From: Thermotogota bacterium
Lineage (GTDB): Bacteria; Thermotogota; Thermotogae; Petrotogales; Petrotogaceae
Length of the DNA stretch: 64,000 nucleotides
Direction: 5' to 3'
Assembly: GCA_051748045.1 (NCBI GenBank)
Contig: JBNJGY010000001.1
Location: forward strand, 126,774 to 190,773
Shown here one piece after another: positions 1-10,879 of this stretch (within the stretch, counting starts at the first letter, position 1; each line of letters starts with the position of its first letter). Both the position numbers and the translations under genes were made by a program. The notes beneath the pieces were generated by a model, which was not told the origin of the DNA, did not search any database, and was given only the letters and a program-made list of their open reading frames with translations.

Positions 1-245
1 AATTTTGTTTCTTCTTCTAAATCGTTTATAGAAAAGTTTCTTACCCATCTATTGAGTTCTTGATTTTCATGTTCTACAATTAAGACAGGAACAGCAAAAA
101 TAAGCTTTTGGGCTGCTATATCAGGTTGTTTTTTTGTATCAACAATTTCTACATCTATATTGTATTTTTCTGCTATATTTTTTACTTTGGGTAATATTGC
201 TTTACAAACTCCACAACCATCATGTTTAAAATATTGAAATTTCAT
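1..245 (-). CDS. Thioredoxin-family protein (3' end runs off the window)
   Basis: Not in the ORF track. Manual translation from ATG at 245: MKFQYFKHDGCGVCKAILPKV...IFAVPVLIV, with a CxxC (CGVC) motif and the cis-Pro VP motif. SD AGGAGGGG at 258-251. Confidence 0.85.
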   Translation of the reverse strand, partial: MKFQYFKHDGCGVCKAILPKVKNIAEKYNIDVEIVDTKKQPDIAAQKLIFAVPVLIVEHENQELNRWVRNFSINDLEEETK

Positions 246-361
246 TTATACCCCTCCTATGTATTTTTATAATTATAATATATTAATATGAAGAAAAAAT
301 GTATTAATTCTTTCAAGTATGTATGTTATAATTGGTTTATATATATTTGGGAGGTGGGAAA

Positions 362-1357
362 ATGGCAGAATATGAAGTTTTTAATCCTGAAGAAAATGAA
401 AATCAGGAACCTAAGAGAAATAAAACTCCTCATATCAAGACCATAATATCCATTATAGTTATTATTTTAATTGGAATTTACTTATCAACAGGTGTTTATC
501 AAGTAGGCTCTTCAGAAGTAGCCTTAGTAAAAACATTTGGTAAATATCAATCTACACAGGGCCCAGGAATACACATTCATGCTCCAATTCCTTTTCAATC
601 ACATGTGATTATAGATACTAGAAGTGTTAAAAAAGTTGAAATAGGTTTTAGGACAACAAGAGGGGGATCTAACCCATCTTATTCTACTTTAGATCAAGAA
701 TCAAATATAATCACAGGTGATGAAAACATACTACATATTGAAGCTGTTGTTCAATATAGAATTAGAAATCCAGAAAAAGCAGCCTTTAGAATTATTGATG
801 ATTATAATTTGGTTAAATTTACTACAGAAAGTATTTTAAGAGAAAGAGTCGCACTTTCAGGAATTGATGATGTTCTTACCTCTGAGAGAGATTCAATAGC
901 TATGAGAGCTTCTGAGCTTGTTCAAGAAACGCTTGATACTTATGATTCAGGTATAATGATCGAAAGTGTTTTCTTACAAGATGTCACACCACCAGATCCT
1001 GTTGTTTCATCATTTGATGATGTAAACAATGCAAAACAAGATAGAGAAAAAATAATCAATGAAGCCAATAGATATTCTAATGATATTCTTCCAAGAGCAG
1101 AAGGTGAAGCAGAACAAATTTTAAGACAATCAGAAAGCTATGCTTTTGAACAGGTAGCAGAAGCTGAAGGAGAAACACAAAGATTCCTTGCTATACTAGA
1201 AGAATATAAAAATTCTGAAGAAGTAACTAGAAAAAGACTTATTCTTGATGCTATAAACGATATGCTACAAAGCTCTAAAATCAAAGTTATTTCAGAAAAT
1301 GATAGTACTTTAAAACTGTTGAACTTAGATCAAATATTAGGTGGTGATTCTAAATGA
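362..1357 (+). CDS. hflK: FtsH protease modulator HflK (SPFH domain)
   Basis: N-terminal TM segment then Band-7 domain (GVYQV..SEVALVKTFGK...GPGIH; AEGEAEQI...AEGETQRF). Paired with hflC. Start moved to ATG 362 behind SD GGAGGTG. Confidence 0.93.
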   Translation: MAEYEVFNPEENENQEPKRNKTPHIKTIISIIVIILIGIYLSTGVYQVGSSEVALVKTFGKYQSTQGPGIHIHAPIPFQSHVIIDTRSVKKVEIGFRTTRGGSNPSYSTLDQESNIITGDENILHIEAVVQYRIRNPEKAAFRIIDDYNLVKFTTESILRERVALSGIDDVLTSERDSIAMRASELVQETLDTYDSGIMIESVFLQDVTPPDPVVSSFDDVNNAKQDREKIINEANRYSNDILPRAEGEAEQILRQSESYAFEQVAEAEGETQRFLAILEEYKNSEEVTRKRLILDAINDMLQSSKIKVISENDSTLKLLNLDQILGGDSK

Positions 1358-2214
1358 AAAAAATAGGGACTTTAATAACTTTAGGAATTATCGCCATATT
1401 AGTGATAGTTTTTCTTTCAACATCATTAGTAATTTTAGACGAAACTCAACAAGGAGCTATTGTAAGATTTGGTGATATAAGAAAAATAATTACTGAACCT
1501 GGTCTTTACTTTAAAACTCCATTTGTTGATAACGTTCTAAAATACGAAAAAAGGGTAATGCTTTATGATATAGACACTGAGAGAGTTATAACACAAGATA
1601 AAAAAACAATTGTTGTCGACACTTATTCTATCTGGAGAATTTCAAATGCACAAACTTTCATAGAAAGTATGAGAACTACTAATAACGCTTTAACAAGAAT
1701 TGATGACGTTGTTTATTCTCATGTTAGAGATGTTATTGCTAAATATTCTTTTGATGAAATTTTATCCAGAAAAAGATTAGAATTATTAGAAGAAATAAAA
1801 GTTCGAAGTGAAGAGTCTTTACAAGATTACGGTATAAATATTCTTGATGTTAGAGTAAAAAGAACTGATCTCCCAGATGACAATAGAAAAGCTGTTTACG
1901 AAAGAATGAATGCAGAAAGATATTCAATTGCAGCTCAAATTAGAGCAGAAGGTGAAAAAGAAGGTCAAAAAATCAGAGCTGAAGCAGATAAACAGAAAGA
2001 AATTATTTTGTCTCAAGCTAATAGAGATGCAAAGATTATCAGGGGTACTGCTGATGCAAGTTCACTAAATATTTACGCTAATGCTTATAATGAAGACTCA
2101 GAATTTTATGAATTACAAAGAATTACAAGCATTTATAAAGAATCCTTGAATAATTCTGTAATATCAATACCTTTAGATTCTCCATTGATGAAATATTTTG
2201 ATGAGGTGGAATAA
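1354..2214 (+). CDS. hflC: FtsH protease modulator HflC
   Basis: SPFH domain (IVRFGDI...EPGLYFKTPF; VYERMNAER...IRAEGE). 4-nt overlap with hflK. Confidence 0.93.
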   Translation: MKKIGTLITLGIIAILVIVFLSTSLVILDETQQGAIVRFGDIRKIITEPGLYFKTPFVDNVLKYEKRVMLYDIDTERVITQDKKTIVVDTYSIWRISNAQTFIESMRTTNNALTRIDDVVYSHVRDVIAKYSFDEILSRKRLELLEEIKVRSEESLQDYGINILDVRVKRTDLPDDNRKAVYERMNAERYSIAAQIRAEGEKEGQKIRAEADKQKEIILSQANRDAKIIRGTADASSLNIYANAYNEDSEFYELQRITSIYKESLNNSVISIPLDSPLMKYFDEVE

Positions 2215-3957
2215 ATGAAAAAATTAATGGGGTTATTAATACTTCTAACTCTATTTATTTTTACATCTTGCTCAAATCAAGAAAAAGACAGGATAGTAAA
2301 TATAGATGAAACAAGAGTTTCTCCTAACACTAGTTTAAATTTTGAAACAAATTTTGATTATGAAAATTATGATATTTTAATAAACGAATCACCGGTGAAT
2401 GTTCAAAGTTCACCGGGTTCGTTTTTTATAAATAATGCTGATTATGGACAGAATAATTTAACAATGAAATTTTTCGATGAATCGGAGAATTTAATTACCA
2501 ATTATTCTACTTCTATATTTTTTGATAATCAAGCTCCTCAAATAACAAATCAAAATATTTTTATAGAAAAAAGTGTTTTAAATATTAATTTTGAAGTCGA
2601 ATCGGATGACTATCTATACAGTGTTTTAAGGGTTAACGATACACTCATTTCTTCAACAACTAATACTTCTTTCTATAAAAATATTCGAAAAAATTCAGGA
2701 GAAAAAAACATTACTATCAAGTTATTTGATGAAACTTATAACACAACTACTTTTTCAACATCTATCCATACAAATATAGACAATAAACCAAAAATACTTT
2801 CAAATGTATTAAGTATAAATTTGTTTTCTGAATATAATTTGGATTTTTCTGATGATTGGGATAAAGAATTAAATATATTTATAACAGATAATGGAATTAA
2901 CAGTTTTTTTTATCCTTACAAAATATTAGAAACAGAATTATCAACAGCTACAATAAACGCTTTTGATTCTTCAAATAATTTTGATTTTAAAACAGTAAAA
3001 ATATTGAGAGATAAAAACATACCAAAAAGTCCTATAATAAACTCAAGACTAATATCATCTGAATCCGGTTTTTTTTCTTGGGTTCCTGAAGGTGATAATT
3101 CGAAATATGTAATAGAAATTTTTGATGATGATTATGGCTGGTATTCAAAGTATGACACTGATTCGTCTTTTTTTGAAATTCGCGAAGAAAACCTTAGTTT
3201 CATAAGAAAAATATCCTCTAATAGGACAAAAGGCTTTCCGTCTCCTCCAATTATTAAATTTAAGGATAATTTGAAGCCTTATGCATCTGGAATTTTGGAA
3301 AATATTAATGAAAATTCTATATTAAACCAAATAAATTCTCCTTTTATAGTCGCTTCAGATATTTTAATTGATGAAGGAAATAGTTTATTTATTGAATCTG
3401 GTACTATCCTAAGGTTTTTTGCAGATTCAAGACTAATTGTAAGAGGTAATTTATTTATTATGCCTGGTTTAGTTGAAAGCGAAATAATTGGAAATGGAAT
3501 GATTGTTATGGACGGGGGAAATCTTATTGTTTCTGATACCAAAATTGAAAATATTGATATTAATGGTGATGAAGGTAAATTGATCTTTTTAGAAGATATT
3601 AATTTTCTTAATGACTCAAATCTTAACGTTCAGAATATTTTTAGAGTTCAACTTTACAACATACAAAAGAACTTAGGAGTAAACAATTTTAAAAATATAT
3701 CTGGATTATATATTAAAAATAGTTCTCTTAATAATTCGACTATTTTGAATTCAAATGAAGCTTTGTTATACAATTCCACAATTAATGATTTTTCTCAAAG
3801 TTTTAGAACTAGATCGGTAATTGAAAACTGTAAAATTGCCTCTATACAGAATACCGATTTCAGTTATCTTTATTCTATTGATACAGAGGTTGATGAAGTG
3901 TACAATGATAACTTCTCATTATTTTTGGATAATTTAAATAATTTTTCAGGAGATTAG
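2215..3957 (+). CDS. Putative lipoprotein with Ig-like and C-terminal beta-helix-like regions
   Basis: Signal peptide with lipobox-like FIFTSC. The segment SPFIVASDILIDEGNSLFIESGTILRF resembles the start of right-handed beta-helix domains. Abuts the hflC stop (TAAATG). Confidence 0.6.
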   Translation: MKKLMGLLILLTLFIFTSCSNQEKDRIVNIDETRVSPNTSLNFETNFDYENYDILINESPVNVQSSPGSFFINNADYGQNNLTMKFFDESENLITNYSTSIFFDNQAPQITNQNIFIEKSVLNINFEVESDDYLYSVLRVNDTLISSTTNTSFYKNIRKNSGEKNITIKLFDETYNTTTFSTSIHTNIDNKPKILSNVLSINLFSEYNLDFSDDWDKELNIFITDNGINSFFYPYKILETELSTATINAFDSSNNFDFKTVKILRDKNIPKSPIINSRLISSESGFFSWVPEGDNSKYVIEIFDDDYGWYSKYDTDSSFFEIREENLSFIRKISSNRTKGFPSPPIIKFKDNLKPYASGILENINENSILNQINSPFIVASDILIDEGNSLFIESGTILRFFADSRLIVRGNLFIMPGLVESEIIGNGMIVMDGGNLIVSDTKIENIDINGDEGKLIFLEDINFLNDSNLNVQNIFRVQLYNIQKNLGVNNFKNISGLYIKNSSLNNSTILNSNEALLYNSTINDFSQSFRTRSVIENCKIASIQNTDFSYLYSIDTEVDEVYNDNFSLFLDNLNNFSGD

Positions 3958-3961
3958 CACT

Positions 3962-4618
3962 ATGAATATAGAAAGAATATTTAGAGATTTGAAATTAAAA
4001 TCTTTCTCAAATTCACATTTACCGAATTCCGCTTCGGTTTTTTTGACTATTATTAGTTCAAAGATGGTAAAAGATAAAATGAATATACTTGAAATTGGTT
4101 CTGGAATAGGACATGTAAGTTTAGTTTTATCTAAAGTTTTTGAAAAATCAAATTTTTATGGTGTGGAAATTCAAAAGGATTTATATGATTTTTCTTTAGA
4201 AAATAAAAAAGTAAACAATTCACCAAATATTGAATTTATAAACGATGATATCAAAAACATTTCTAATTATTTTGATAATGAATTTTTTGATTTGATAATT
4301 AGTAATCCACCTCATTATATTTCAGGGAAATCAAGTAATTTAACTGATAGAAAAATTGCTAGAACATTTGATGAGAAAAATATATTTAATTTTATAGATA
4401 ACTCATGGAAAATGATTAAAAATAAAAAAAGTGTTATTTATGTTTTACATAGTAATTCTTTTAGATCTTTTTTTTATAATGCTATAGATAGAAGACTAGA
4501 ACCATATGAAATCATTCCTGCTTATGGGAAAAATAGCAAAGAATCTCAATTAATATGTTTAAAATTGAGAAAAAATGGTGGTAAGAATTTAACTTTTAAA
4601 AAACCTTATATAATATAA
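3962..4618 (+). CDS. SAM-dependent methyltransferase, tRNA1(Val) m6A37 (TrmN6/YfiC)-like
   Basis: Motif I ILEIGSGIG, GVEIQ, and FDLIISNPPHY (NPP(F/Y)-type amino-methyltransferase motif). Confidence 0.75.
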   Translation: MNIERIFRDLKLKSFSNSHLPNSASVFLTIISSKMVKDKMNILEIGSGIGHVSLVLSKVFEKSNFYGVEIQKDLYDFSLENKKVNNSPNIEFINDDIKNISNYFDNEFFDLIISNPPHYISGKSSNLTDRKIARTFDEKNIFNFIDNSWKMIKNKKSVIYVLHSNSFRSFFYNAIDRRLEPYEIIPAYGKNSKESQLICLKLRKNGGKNLTFKKPYII

Positions 4619-4636
4619 TTTTTAGGGGTGATTTTT

Positions 4637-5323
4637 TTGAAAAAAGGAAAGTTAATTGTATTAGAATCTGGTACAGACTCTAGTGGAAAAGAAACACAAA
4701 CTAATCTTTTATTTTCAAGGCTAAAAAATGATAATTTAAATATTTTAAAAATAGAATATCCTGATTATAAAAGTGAATCTTCAGCTTTGATTAAAATGTA
4801 TTTGAATGGAGAATTTGGAACTGATCCTTATTCTGTTAATCCGTTTGCTTCTTCTTCTTTTTTTGCTGTAGATAGATATGCATCTTTCAAAAAGAAATGG
4901 GAAAATATTTATAAAAATGGAGGAATAATAATAGCAGATAGATACACCACCTCAAATATGGTACATCAAGCCTCAAAAATTAAAGATGATAAAGAAAAAA
5001 ATTATTTTTTAGAATGGTTATATGATTTCGAATTTAATAAAATAGGCATTCCAGAACCAGATAAAGTTTTTTTCTTGGATGTTCCACCTGACGTATCTTA
5101 TTCTTTGATGAAAAATAGAAAGAATAAAATAAACGGTTCTTCAAAAAAAGACATACATGAAAATAATTTAGACTATCTATTAAATACTTATAATAACGCT
5201 TTATATGTCTCCAGTAAATATGATTGGGAAAGAATAATTTGTGTTAAAAATGGAAAAATGAAATCAATTCAAGAAATAAACGATGAAATTTATTATAAAG
5301 CAAAAGAGCTCATAAACTCATAA
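4637..5323 (+). CDS. tmk: Thymidylate kinase
   Basis: KGKLIVLESGTDSSGKETQ P-loop variant, IIADRY motif, PDKVFFLDVP. TTG start behind SD GGGGTG. Confidence 0.85.
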   Translation: MKKGKLIVLESGTDSSGKETQTNLLFSRLKNDNLNILKIEYPDYKSESSALIKMYLNGEFGTDPYSVNPFASSSFFAVDRYASFKKKWENIYKNGGIIIADRYTTSNMVHQASKIKDDKEKNYFLEWLYDFEFNKIGIPEPDKVFFLDVPPDVSYSLMKNRKNKINGSSKKDIHENNLDYLLNTYNNALYVSSKYDWERIICVKNGKMKSIQEINDEIYYKAKELINS

Positions 5324-5923
5324 TAAGTCTATAAACTCTTTTGTTAAACGAGCTGTTAATCCCCAGATTATATGCCCCTGGTAATTATAAAAGTAAATTG
5401 GGTATTTACCTTTTTTCCATTTATATTTTTTACCATTTGGTATTAACTCATAAGGAAATCCATCATCTGTGCTTGTTAATATTTCAGCATAATGAACTTG
5501 AGGATTATTGTTCAAGAAATATTCTATTGGTACTGTAAAAAGGCTGTCAACTTCATCACTTGAAAAATAGATTTTATTAAGCTCCATATTTAAAAAACCT
5601 ATATAAGAGTGAATAATGAAATTATAAGGCGATATAAAATAATCGCCTTTTTTTATTATTTCAATATTTTTTGTAGATATGTTTAATTCTTCTCCAGTTT
5701 CTCTTTTTGCGGCTTCTAAATAGCTTTCATTTTTTTCAACCATCCCTCCAGGAAAAGATACCTCTCCTGGCTGTTTGCTGAGCGAGAGAGCTCTCGTTTC
5801 ATATAACAACGACAATTCTCCTTCAACTTCAATCAAAGGGATTAAAACAGAGTATATATTTTTTATTCCCAACGGTCTAGGTTGATGGTTATTAAGTTTT
5901 TTCTTAATATGTTCTAAATTCAT
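5318..5923 (-). CDS. Nudix hydrolase, CoA pyrophosphatase family
   Basis: QPGEVSFPGG...EAAKRETGEELNI Nudix box, and IWGLTA at the C-terminus. Confidence 0.88.
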   Translation of the reverse strand: MNLEHIKKKLNNHQPRPLGIKNIYSVLIPLIEVEGELSLLYETRALSLSKQPGEVSFPGGMVEKNESYLEAAKRETGEELNISTKNIEIIKKGDYFISPYNFIIHSYIGFLNMELNKIYFSSDEVDSLFTVPIEYFLNNNPQVHYAEILTSTDDGFPYELIPNGKKYKWKKGKYPIYFYNYQGHIIWGLTARLTKEFIDLL

Positions 5924-6867
5924 TATAAATACCTTTCAGTTATCAAACTACAAATATCCTCTAATAATCTACTGTCTTTTTCATCAAACGGGTTAACCAA
6001 ATGGCTATCTATATCTATCTCGCCAGCTATTTCTCCTTTTTTATCAAAAAGAGGAACTACTATTTCTGATTTTGTTTTTGGACTGCATGACAAATAATTA
6101 TCTTCTTTTGATACATCACCTATTAAAAATGTTTTTTCAGTACTAGCAGCCTGTCCACAAATACCCTGACCAAATTCAATTTCAATATGTTCTGTTTCTT
6201 CTCCTATATATGGACCGACTTTTAATTTGTTATTTCCATCAACAAGATAAAACCCTGTCCAATTATAATAGTCTATTTTCTTATCAAGTAGTTCACAAAT
6301 ATTAGCTAAGGCATCAATAAAATCTAATTTTTTACCATTTATTATTTTTTTTGCTTCATCATAAACTACCCAGAATAAAGCTTTTTTATCATCAGGTTGA
6401 TAATTATTATTATATTCTGAAACTGCTTTTTCAAACAATTCTTCAAAAGTTATTTTATCTTTATTATCGAAATACCAAATATAATCCAGTAAAATAACAT
6501 TAGTTTTGTATGTTTCAACAACTGTGTATGGTTTTTCACCATCAATATTTATAATTAAAACTGAAAAATCTGCTCTTTTTAAATTATAATTATCAGATTT
6601 TTTTGTTATCAAGTTAATTATTTTCGATTTTTCTTTTGCAATATTTTCTTCTCTAACCCAATTAACAATATCAAGTTTTTTCCTGCCAATGTTTTCTTTT
6701 AAATAATTAATATAAGATTCTTTATTATAACCATTTTTTTCAATTCCAATTTTAAAAATACCATTGGTTTTTTTATCAAAATCGTCAAACCATTTTTTCC
6801 AATCTTCTTTCGGATATGATAATATTTCAAAGAAATCTTTGGTTTTATCGTTAAAAATGCTTCTCAC
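5923..6867 (-). CDS. GAF-domain protein; C-terminal free methionine-R-sulfoxide reductase (MsrC)-like domain plus unknown N-terminal domain
   Basis: NWTGFYLV...GPYIG...FGQGICGQAA...YLSCS...KSEIVVP...GEIDIDS in the last ~150 aa. Confidence 0.8.
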   Translation of the reverse strand: MRSIFNDKTKDFFEILSYPKEDWKKWFDDFDKKTNGIFKIGIEKNGYNKESYINYLKENIGRKKLDIVNWVREENIAKEKSKIINLITKKSDNYNLKRADFSVLIINIDGEKPYTVVETYKTNVILLDYIWYFDNKDKITFEELFEKAVSEYNNNYQPDDKKALFWVVYDEAKKIINGKKLDFIDALANICELLDKKIDYYNWTGFYLVDGNNKLKVGPYIGEETEHIEIEFGQGICGQAASTEKTFLIGDVSKEDNYLSCSPKTKSEIVVPLFDKKGEIAGEIDIDSHLVNPFDEKDSRLLEDICSLITERYL

Positions 6868-6882
6868 TTATTTCACCTCAAA

Positions 6883-8076
6883 CTAAAATAATTTTTTTAT
6901 AAATATATCTGGTTCTTTATCCTTAAAATAAACAGAGAAAAAAACATATTTTCCATCATCGGAAAATGTTGGATAATATGTATCAACCTTTATATCTCTA
7001 GTTAAATTTAGTAAATTGTTATTGTAATAGTAAAAAATATCATAAGATGCATTAAAATTATAAGAAAAAACAATTTTATCTGAATTATCAGACCATGAAT
7101 CCATTTGATTTCTTGATAAATCAAAAATATTTTTACTTTCTTCTTCATTTTTTATGTAAATTTTAACTTCTGCTGTGTGAGGGTCAATACCATAATAGAT
7201 AAGATTATCTTTATAATATGAAGGTCTGTATTTCAACAGATTATCTTCAACTAGTATTTTTTTAGTCATAGTCTTTAAATTATATTCTACTATTCTATTA
7301 TATTCTTCTACGTCATCAACTTCTTCTGAAAAAACTATTGTACTTTCATCTTTAAAATAAGGAGAATATCCGTAATAATTTTCTGTAACTTTCAAGAAAT
7401 CATTCTTTTGCTTGTCATATAATACAATATCCCAATTTCCAAATAGAGTTGATTGAAACACAAAAAAATTCCCATCAGGTGAAATGTCTGGAAAATATTC
7501 TGATGATAATTCAAGAGATATTTTTTCAGTTGAATTATTTTTTAAATCATAATAATATACTTCTCTATTTCCTTTGAATCTATCGCTTATAAAAGCTATT
7601 GTATCATTTCTCTTTATTGGGTATTCGTCCACACCATCATAGAAGGTTAACTGTAGAGTTTTCCAGCTTGAATCATGTTTAAACCTACTTAATGAGATTT
7701 TTTCTAATATATCGACACTCATTTCTGTAATCCAATCAGCAGAATTTTTTGACTTTATTTTTTTTAAATTGTTCTTACCTTCTATTTCATAATATACATT
7801 AATAATTTCTGTTGAGCTATTGGTTAATCTTAAAAAAACGTCAGAATCATAGCTCATTTCTTTATTATAATCATAATAAGTAGCTAGATATTCAGTTTTG
7901 TTGGAACTGATTAATTCAAAATTATAGAAATAGCTACCTATTTCTACAATATTTTCAACCATTTGATTATGAAACCAGTCAGAACTATCATACTCAATAA
8001 TCATTGAATTTTTATCGAAAGAAAAACTTATTATAGAAATGATAATCAAAAAAATAAATAAAACCAATTTATTCAT
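6883..8076 (-). CDS. Exported TolB-like (PD40) beta-propeller protein
   Basis: Signal peptide and PD40-type repeats (IAFISDR..GNREVY; PDISPDGNFFVFQS..GNWDI; PTFSDDGKYVFFS). Confidence 0.8.
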   Translation of the reverse strand: MNKLVLFIFLIIISIISFSFDKNSMIIEYDSSDWFHNQMVENIVEIGSYFYNFELISSNKTEYLATYYDYNKEMSYDSDVFLRLTNSSTEIINVYYEIEGKNNLKKIKSKNSADWITEMSVDILEKISLSRFKHDSSWKTLQLTFYDGVDEYPIKRNDTIAFISDRFKGNREVYYYDLKNNSTEKISLELSSEYFPDISPDGNFFVFQSTLFGNWDIVLYDKQKNDFLKVTENYYGYSPYFKDESTIVFSEEVDDVEEYNRIVEYNLKTMTKKILVEDNLLKYRPSYYKDNLIYYGIDPHTAEVKIYIKNEEESKNIFDLSRNQMDSWSDNSDKIVFSYNFNASYDIFYYYNNNLLNLTRDIKVDTYYPTFSDDGKYVFFSVYFKDKEPDIFIKKLF

Positions 8077-8077
8077 T

Positions 8078-8515
8078 TTAATCAAGCTTTTCTTGAACTA
8101 TTTTTTTCACTAAAGTTCCGTCGGCTTTTCCTTTCACTTTGGGCATAATTTTACCCATTACTTTTCCAAAATCTGTTTTATTTTCTGCTCCAACTTCTTT
8201 TATAACTTCGTCAACAATTTTTTCAATTTCCTCTTTATTCATTTGTTCAGGTAAATATTTCATCAGAACCTTTATTTCTTCTTCTTCTTGATTTGCTAAT
8301 TCATCTCTTCCAGCATTTCTATATTGTTCAGCAGAATCTTTTCTGTTTTTTATTTGTTTTTCTATTATCGATATTATTTCTTCGTCAGATAATTCTTTTT
8401 GTTTATCTATTTCTTGTTTTTTAATTTCTGCATTCACCATTTTAACAGTATTTAAAGCTATTTTGTTTTTTTCTTTCATATAATTTTTCATATCTTCCAT
8501 AAGTTTCTTTTTCAT
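8078..8515 (-). CDS. GatB/YqeY domain protein
   Basis: KQIKNRKDSAEQYRNAGRDELA..EEEEI.VL.KYLPEQ; DFGKVMGKIMPKVKGKADG. Confidence 0.92.
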   Translation of the reverse strand: MKKKLMEDMKNYMKEKNKIALNTVKMVNAEIKKQEIDKQKELSDEEIISIIEKQIKNRKDSAEQYRNAGRDELANQEEEEIKVLMKYLPEQMNKEEIEKIVDEVIKEVGAENKTDFGKVMGKIMPKVKGKADGTLVKKIVQEKLD

Positions 8516-8527
8516 AACAATCTCCTC

Positions 8528-10525
<1,998 letters not shown>

Positions 10526-10879
10526 CTACCTCCTCTCAACTAATACAAAAGCTATTGCATATTCTTTTTCATGACTTATAGAAATTTTTATATCTACTTT
10601 ATCAATTTTACCATTTAAATAAATCATTGACTCTTTATCTATAAAAGGTTCTCCATTCTCTCTATTTAAAATAGTGATTGCATTAAAATCAAATGAAACA
10701 TTTAAGGCTTTATATAAAGCCTCTTTAGCTGAAAATCTACCAGCTGCAAATTCTTTTTTTCTATTTTCATTTTTAAAATTGTTTATTATATTTTTTTCTT
10801 TTTCGGATAATATTCTAGAAATTATTTTTTCATTTATCCTTTGAATTCTTACAATATCAGTCCCTATTCCTTTAATCAT
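10526..10879 (-). CDS. acpS: Holo-[acyl-carrier-protein] synthase
   Basis: GIGTDIV, AGRFSAKEALYKAL and ISISHEKEYAIAFV motifs. Confidence 0.95.
   Translation of the reverse strand: MIKGIGTDIVRIQRINEKIISRILSEKEKNIINNFKNENRKKEFAAGRFSAKEALYKALNVSFDFNAITILNRENGEPFIDKESMIYLNGKIDKVDIKISISHEKEYAIAFVLVERR

Noticed and set aside
4637..4700. Atypical tmk P-loop (ESGTDSSGKETQ) as a sign of pseudogenisation
   Set aside because: The ORF is intact, with the GK and DRY motifs retained; it resembles a known variant of the family.
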